Below the pieces are notes generated by a model, which was not told the origin of the DNA, did not search any database, and saw only the letters and a list, made by a program, of their open reading frames with translations. Source: Chitinophagaceae bacterium (GTDB lineage Bacteria > Bacteroidota > Bacteroidia > Chitinophagales > Chitinophagaceae). From it: a DNA stretch of 64,000 nucleotides. Shown here piece by piece: positions 59,146 through 64,000 of this stretch; the stretch's first letter is position 1; every line of letters starts with the position of its first letter. The translations under genes were made by a program, and so were the position numbers. Location: assembly GCA_014879565.1 (NCBI GenBank), contig JACSRW010000038.1, positions 1,759-65,758 of the forward strand. The letters run 5' to 3'.

Positions 59146-59823
59146 ATGGAATATAATACCACCCGAAGCCACCTGACGATGCGTGAATATGGCCGTCATG
59201 TGCAGAAGATGATCGAACATGTGCAGACTATTGAGGATCCCGAGCGCCGTCAGGGCAATGCGCAGGCGGTAATTGAACTGATGGGTTTTCTGAATCCGCA
59301 TCTGAAAAATGTGGAGGATTTCCGGCATAAGCTCTGGGACCATCTTTTCCTGATTGCCGATTTTAACCTGGATGTAAAATCTCCTTACCCCATACCCACC
59401 CGGGAAACGCTGCGGGCCCGACCGCATCCCCTGCCCTATCCCAAACGTTATCCGAAGTTTTCGCATCTGGGTAAAAACCTGGAAGGCATTATTGACAAGG
59501 CGCTCGCAGAAGAAAATCCCGAAAAGCGGCTGGGTTTTGCCAATGCCATTGCCTATTACATGAAACTGGCCTATAATAACTGGCATAAGGAACTGGTACA
59601 TGATGATGCTATTCAGAGTGAGCTCAGCGGCATCACCCAGGGCCAGCTGACCTTTACGAATACCCCTTATGTAAAAGCCTACCGTATGCAGCAGGAAGGC
59701 AACCGGGAAAACCGGGGCAACTACGGCAAGCAGAACCGCGGAGGCAATTACGGCAAACAAAACCGCGGAGGAGGCAATTTTGGCAAGCGGAGCGGGGGGA
59801 ATTTTAAGAAGAAGCGGTTTTGA
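59146..59823 (+). CDS. DUF4290 domain protein with repetitive N/G/R/K tail
   Basis: MEYNT.R..L..REYGR..QKM, HKLWDHL motifs; upstream of murA. Confidence 0.9.
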   Translation: MEYNTTRSHLTMREYGRHVQKMIEHVQTIEDPERRQGNAQAVIELMGFLNPHLKNVEDFRHKLWDHLFLIADFNLDVKSPYPIPTRETLRARPHPLPYPKRYPKFSHLGKNLEGIIDKALAEENPEKRLGFANAIAYYMKLAYNNWHKELVHDDAIQSELSGITQGQLTFTNTPYVKAYRMQQEGNRENRGNYGKQNRGGNYGKQNRGGGNFGKRSGGNFKKKRF

Positions 59824-59825
59824 GT

Positions 59826-59873
59826 GATTTGCAAATGGGCAGATTTGCAGATGGGCAGATGGGCAGATTTGCA
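59826..59873. repeat. Six GATKKGCA-type octamers
   Basis: GATTTGCA AATGGGCA GATTTGCA GATGGGCA GATGGGCA GATTTGCA. Confidence 0.9.
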
Positions 59874-59901
59874 GATTTATACGAGAATTATTTAAGGAAT
59901 A

Positions 59902-61215
59902 ATGCATTCGTTTGTAGTACAGGGCGGGCGGCGTTTAGAAGGGGAGGTCGTTCCGCAGGGGGCGAAGAATGAAGCCTTGCAGATTATCAGCGCGGTGCTG
60001 CTGACACCGGAGAAGGTTACCATCAGCCATATTCCTGATATTATTGATGTCAATCTCCTGATCGAGTTACTCGGGGAGATGAATGTAAAGATTGAGCGTC
60101 CGCAGCGCGATACCTGTATTTTTCAGGCTGATGATGTGGATGTGGACTATCTGCACAGTGCGGCCTTTAAGCAGAAAAGCGGTCGTTTGCGGGGTTCGGT
60201 GATGCTGGCCGGTCCGATGCTGGCCCGTTTCCGCCGTGCGTTTATTCCCAAACCCGGCGGTGATAAGATCGGCCGGCGAAGACTGGATACCCATATCATC
60301 GGGTTTGAAAAACTAGGGGCTTCTTTTACTTACCATGAAGAAGACGGTTTTTTTCACCTGGAAGCCCCGCACCTGAAGGGCACGTATATTTTACTGGATG
60401 AACCTTCCGTAACCGGCACGGCCAATCTTATTATGGCCGCTTCCATGGCCGGCGGTACCACTACCCTGTACAATGCGGCCTGTGAGCCCTATATCCAGCA
60501 GTTATGCCGGATGCTGAACCGGATGGGTGCCCGTATAAGCGGTATAGGCAGTAATCTGCTGCGCATTGAGGGGGTAAGTTATCTCGGCGGCACGGAGCAC
60601 CGGATGCTGCCCGATATGATTGAAGTAGGCTCTTTTATTGGTCTTGCTGCCATGACGCAGGGGGCTATCACTATTAAAAACGCCGGGGTGGAGCATCTCG
60701 GGATTATCCCGGAGAAATTCCGGCAGCTGGGCATTCAGCTCGATATCCGCGGAGATGATATTCATATTCCTTCTCAGGAGAAATACGAAATACAGACTTT
60801 TCTGGATGGTTCGGTGATGACGATTTATGATCATCCCTGGCCGGGTTTTACCCCCGATCTGCTGAGTATTGTGCTGGTAACGGCGATACAGGCCAGCGGT
60901 TCGGTGCTGATACACCAGAAGATGTTTGAGAGCCGTTTGTTTTTTGTAGACAAGCTGATTGATATGGGCGCGCGTATTGTACTCTGTGATCCGCACCGCG
61001 CGGTGGTGATAGGCCTGGAAAGGGAGCAGTCGCTGCGTGGTATCACGATGAGTTCGCCTGATATCCGTGCCGGGGTGGCTTTGCTGATCGCGGCGCTGAG
61101 CGCAGAAGGGAAGAGTGTGATTCAGAATATTGAGCAGATTGACCGGGGCTACCAGGATATAGACGGGAGGCTGAGGAAGCTGGGAGCCGGGATAGAGAGA
61201 GTAGTTAGTAGTTAG
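59902..61215 (+). CDS. murA: UDP-N-acetylglucosamine 1-carboxyvinyltransferase
   Basis: GAKNEAL, PGGDKIGRR.LDTH (Asp variant), SVTGTAN, DIRAG and IDRGY motifs. Confidence 0.97.
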   Translation: MHSFVVQGGRRLEGEVVPQGAKNEALQIISAVLLTPEKVTISHIPDIIDVNLLIELLGEMNVKIERPQRDTCIFQADDVDVDYLHSAAFKQKSGRLRGSVMLAGPMLARFRRAFIPKPGGDKIGRRRLDTHIIGFEKLGASFTYHEEDGFFHLEAPHLKGTYILLDEPSVTGTANLIMAASMAGGTTTLYNAACEPYIQQLCRMLNRMGARISGIGSNLLRIEGVSYLGGTEHRMLPDMIEVGSFIGLAAMTQGAITIKNAGVEHLGIIPEKFRQLGIQLDIRGDDIHIPSQEKYEIQTFLDGSVMTIYDHPWPGFTPDLLSIVLVTAIQASGSVLIHQKMFESRLFFVDKLIDMGARIVLCDPHRAVVIGLEREQSLRGITMSSPDIRAGVALLIAALSAEGKSVIQNIEQIDRGYQDIDGRLRKLGAGIERVVSS

Positions 61216-61230
61216 GAGTTAGCAGTTAGG
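61203..61230. repeat. AGTTAGN heptamers overlapping the murA stop
   Basis: AGTTAGT AGTTAGG AGTTAGC AGTTAGG. Confidence 0.8.
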
Positions 61231-61234
61231 AGTC

Positions 61235-61520
61235 GCTTCGAAACAGATTAATAGTGATTTTCAGATTTAAGACTGGTCGGGCGCCTTTTTTCGCCCTGTT
61301 TATGTGCACTAACTGCTTTAACAAAGGCAAGGCGAAAAACAGCGCTTTCCGGCTTTGCGCAAAACACGCAGTAGGGTAGTCCCGCTCTGAGTCCTTCAGT
61401 CTTTCAGACTGCCCGGGCGGAAAATCGCAGCGGAAATCTTCCTTTTTCAGTCTGTACACTTCGATTTTCCTTGACCTTTTTGTTACTTTTTGTGTCAAGA
61501 CAAAAAGTAAAGTAGCATCC
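61235..61520. other. Multi-hairpin intergenic element (MITE-like or ncRNA, unassigned)
   Basis: TTTTTCGCC/GGCGAAAAA, CAGTCT/AGACTG and TTACTTTTTGT/ACAAAAAGTAA (61483-61510) stems; no credible ORF. Confidence 0.45.
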
Positions 61521-61534
61521 ATAAGTTAAAACTC

Positions 61535-62131
61535 ATGAATAGGAGTATTTATTTAACCTGTCCGGTTTTAGAAAATGACCGTGTACGCTTACGCCCTTTA
61601 GCGGAAGAGGATTTTCCGCATTTGCTGCCATTTTCGCTGGAAGAACCTACCCTCTGGCAATACAGTCTTTCCTCAGCTGCGGGGGAGGCCCAACTCAGGG
61701 AGTATATCGGAGCGGCGCTGGCCGGGCGGGCGGCGGGCCGGGAATTTCCCTTTATCATATATGACAAGGAGAAGGGGCAGTATGCAGGCTGCACCCGGTT
61801 TTATGATATCCAGGAAGCCTTTGGCAGTACCCAGCTTGGGTATACCTGGTATGGCGGGGCTTTTCAGCGTACGGGGCTGAACCGGCACTGTAAGTTTTTA
61901 CTGCTTCGTTATGTCTTTGAGGATTGGGGACTGGAGCGTTGCGAGTTCAGGGCCGATGCCCGGAATGCGCGGAGTATAGCAGCCATGAAGGCCATTGGCT
62001 GTGTGGAAGAAGGTATTTTACGAAATCACCTGCCCATACCGCAGGGTGGCCGGCGCGACAGTATTGTGCTCAGTATTCTTCGGGAGGAGTGGCCGGGGGT
62101 AAAAGAAAATCTGCTCAGTATTATCCACTGA
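61535..62131 (+). CDS. GNAT family N-acetyltransferase (RimJ/RimL-like)
   Basis: GYTWYG..FQRTGLN, N.RS..AM..IG..EEG.LR motifs. Confidence 0.92.
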   Translation: MNRSIYLTCPVLENDRVRLRPLAEEDFPHLLPFSLEEPTLWQYSLSSAAGEAQLREYIGAALAGRAAGREFPFIIYDKEKGQYAGCTRFYDIQEAFGSTQLGYTWYGGAFQRTGLNRHCKFLLLRYVFEDWGLERCEFRADARNARSIAAMKAIGCVEEGILRNHLPIPQGGRRDSIVLSILREEWPGVKENLLSIIH

Positions 62132-62489
62132 TGGCCGGCTATGGCAGATCTGCCATATTCTGTTAACTCAGACAAAATTGATACAAGTCAGTAGCTTCAC
62201 ATTCCAATTTTATTTACATTTAATCATTAAACCGCGTCCTGAAAATTGTGTGTATTCCCACCTTTTTAAGGCCGGTTGTATAAAGGATACCGGTATTACC
62301 ACTCAGCAGACAATCTTTTCGGTATCAATCAGTCAGAAAAAATAATTGTGACTGAGGTGCACGAAGTGCATCAGGTTAAGATCCTGATAGGGGAGAAAAA
62401 CACCTGTAATTCGCCGGGAAAAAAGCGATGGTTGCTGAGGAAATACCCTTTTACATTTTTTAGGGACGGATTAATTTTTCCCCTAAAAA

Positions 62490-63680
62490 ATGAAAACGGT
62501 GACGCTGCAGTTTCTTCTTCACCGGGGAAGGAATTGCATAGGGATACGGTTTGAAAAATCGGAGCCGCTGATTTCAGCCTTGCGGCGGGGTACGGATGCC
62601 CGCTGGAGCCGGACACACGGATGCTGGTACACGGATGCCTCGCCGGAGCAGCTGGAAAAGATAAGAAAGGTTTTTGCGGGGATAGCGGAACTGGAAGAAA
62701 AGGATTTACCTCAAAGCGGTTCCTGGCCATTGCAGCCCCCTCCGTCCGCTGATATCCGTTATTTACACCGGGAACCTGTGAAAAAAGCGGTTCCTCCCCC
62801 GCAAATACATCCGGTAAACCGGCATGTGTTGCCCGCGTTACGCCAGGAGCTGGTGCTGCGTGGTTACAGTCCTTCCACGGTAAAGACCTATACAAATGAA
62901 GTGAGCATTTACCTGGTGGCGCTGAAGCATTTTGCCGCTGATGCGTTTACGCCGCAGCGCATCCGGGATTACCTGCAATACTGTCTGGAGAAGCTTAAGT
63001 TATCGGAGAATACGCTGCACAGCCGGATCAACGCGCTGAAGTTTTATTATGAGAAGGTGCTGAAGCGGGAGAAATTTTTCTGGGATATTCCGCGGCCGCA
63101 GAAGCCTTTGCAGTTGCCCCGTTTGCTGAATGAGGAGGAGCTCGCGCGTTTGTTCAATGCGCTGGTGAACAAGAAGCACAAGGCCATGCTGTTCACCGCC
63201 TACAGTGCCGGTTTGCGGGTAAGTGAGGTGATCAGTCTGCAGTTGGCGGATATTGACAGCCGGCGGATGCAGATCCATGTACGGCATGCCAAGGGCAAGA
63301 AGGACCGCTTTGTGAATCTGAGTCCGGTATTGCTGGATATATTGCGGTCCTATCTCAGTCAGGTGAAACCGGCGCCGAAGGTTTATTTGTTTGAATCAGA
63401 GCAGACCGGGACGGCCTATCCCGCGCGGACGGCGCAGCAGATATTCACCAATGCCAAGCGTAAGGCGGGGATACAGAAGGATGTAGGGATACACAGTTTA
63501 CGGCACAGTTTTGCCACGCATTTATTAGACAAGGGCACGGACATCCGGTACATCAAGGATTTGCTGGGCCATTTCAATATTAAGACCACGGAGCGATACC
63601 TGCATGTAAGCAAGCGGCAGCTGGTAAATATTATCAGTCCTTTTGATGATTTATGGAAAAACTCCAACCTCGACTGGTAA
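62490..63680 (+). CDS. Tyrosine recombinase, integron-integrase-like (SAM-like N-domain, no IntI insertion)
   Basis: LRVSE, KGKKDR, HSLRHSFATH, LGH and TTERY catalytic set; LRGYSPST..TY SAM-like domain. Confidence 0.95.
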   Translation: MKTVTLQFLLHRGRNCIGIRFEKSEPLISALRRGTDARWSRTHGCWYTDASPEQLEKIRKVFAGIAELEEKDLPQSGSWPLQPPPSADIRYLHREPVKKAVPPPQIHPVNRHVLPALRQELVLRGYSPSTVKTYTNEVSIYLVALKHFAADAFTPQRIRDYLQYCLEKLKLSENTLHSRINALKFYYEKVLKREKFFWDIPRPQKPLQLPRLLNEEELARLFNALVNKKHKAMLFTAYSAGLRVSEVISLQLADIDSRRMQIHVRHAKGKKDRFVNLSPVLLDILRSYLSQVKPAPKVYLFESEQTGTAYPARTAQQIFTNAKRKAGIQKDVGIHSLRHSFATHLLDKGTDIRYIKDLLGHFNIKTTERYLHVSKRQLVNIISPFDDLWKNSNLDW

Positions 63681-63699
63681 ATGTCGGATCTGATTGTCC

Positions 63700-63813
63700 T
63701 AACGGCAATACAAAAACCATAACGCACAATTCAGTAATTTACAACAGCTTTACTTTTTTAACCGGCGCCTAATTGCGCAAATAAAAGCGTTGCCTGCAAG
63801 TTTATTGGGCAAC
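63700..63813 (+). other. Candidate att-like recombination site downstream of the integrase
   Basis: GC/codon-style break; GCGTTGCCTGCAA with GTT at 63789-63791; short imperfect inverted repeats on both sides. Confidence 0.4.
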
Positions 63814-63868
63814 CGTATTCTAATCAAAATTCCCAGACACCAATTTTTTCAAACCAAAACTACTTGAC

Positions 63869-64000
63869 ATGAAAAATTACCAATGCAAAAAATGTAAGAC
63901 GACAATTCAAAACAATTCTTCACCAAGCAGTTTTAATTGTCCAGGCGGTGGTATGCACTCATGGACAGACTTAGGTGAAGTTGGTGCAAACAATTATCAA
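63869..64000 (+). CDS. Small Cys/His-motif protein, probably repetitive (partial; absent from the ORF track)
   Basis: Hand translation MKNYQCKKCKTTIQNNSSPSSFNCPGGGMHSWTDLGEVGANNYQ, open at the window edge; AT-rich. Confidence 0.7.
   Translation, partial: MKNYQCKKCKTTIQNNSSPSSFNCPGGGMHSWTDLGEVGANNYQ

Noticed and set aside
62132-62489. tRNA or attL site of a prophage/ICE
   Set aside because: No tRNA fold or recognisable attachment duplication is seen upstream of the integrase within the window.
63789-63868. Canonical attC or empty cassette
   Set aside because: GTT precedes AAC, the reverse of attC order, and no matching downstream GTT or L-box geometry occurs before the ORF.

Overview
A 64-kb window of a Bacteroidota chromosome, most likely Chitinophagaceae. 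The taxonomic call is inferred from the SusC/SusD pair, GldC, GldH, a T9SS cargo protein, TAnnTTTG-type promoters and gene synteny. It is mostly core housekeeping DNA: radA, holB-ricT, mutL, pheS, lpxD, psd-cdsA, dusB, sod, rpmH-rnpA-yidD, the nadK-uppS-bamA-skp-skp-murI envelope cluster and murA. No rRNA, tRNA or CRISPR array was seen. The unusual signals are largely non-coding or at the right edge. (1) Two small, self-contained promoter-to-terminator units lie 22.7 kb apart (about 5773-5827 and 28443-28519). Their single-stranded segments are perfectly complementary over 15 nt, suggesting an sRNA/sponge pair or sRNA paralogues. (2) An integron-like tyrosine recombinase lacking the IntI-specific insertion is followed by an att-like GTT site and an AT-rich, cassette-like ORF with a Cys/His motif that runs off the window. 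(3) A dense family of 7- and 8-bp tandem repeats hosts REP-like palindromes and has invaded the mutL coding linker. All assignments come from reading the sequence and recalled family motifs; no database search was run.
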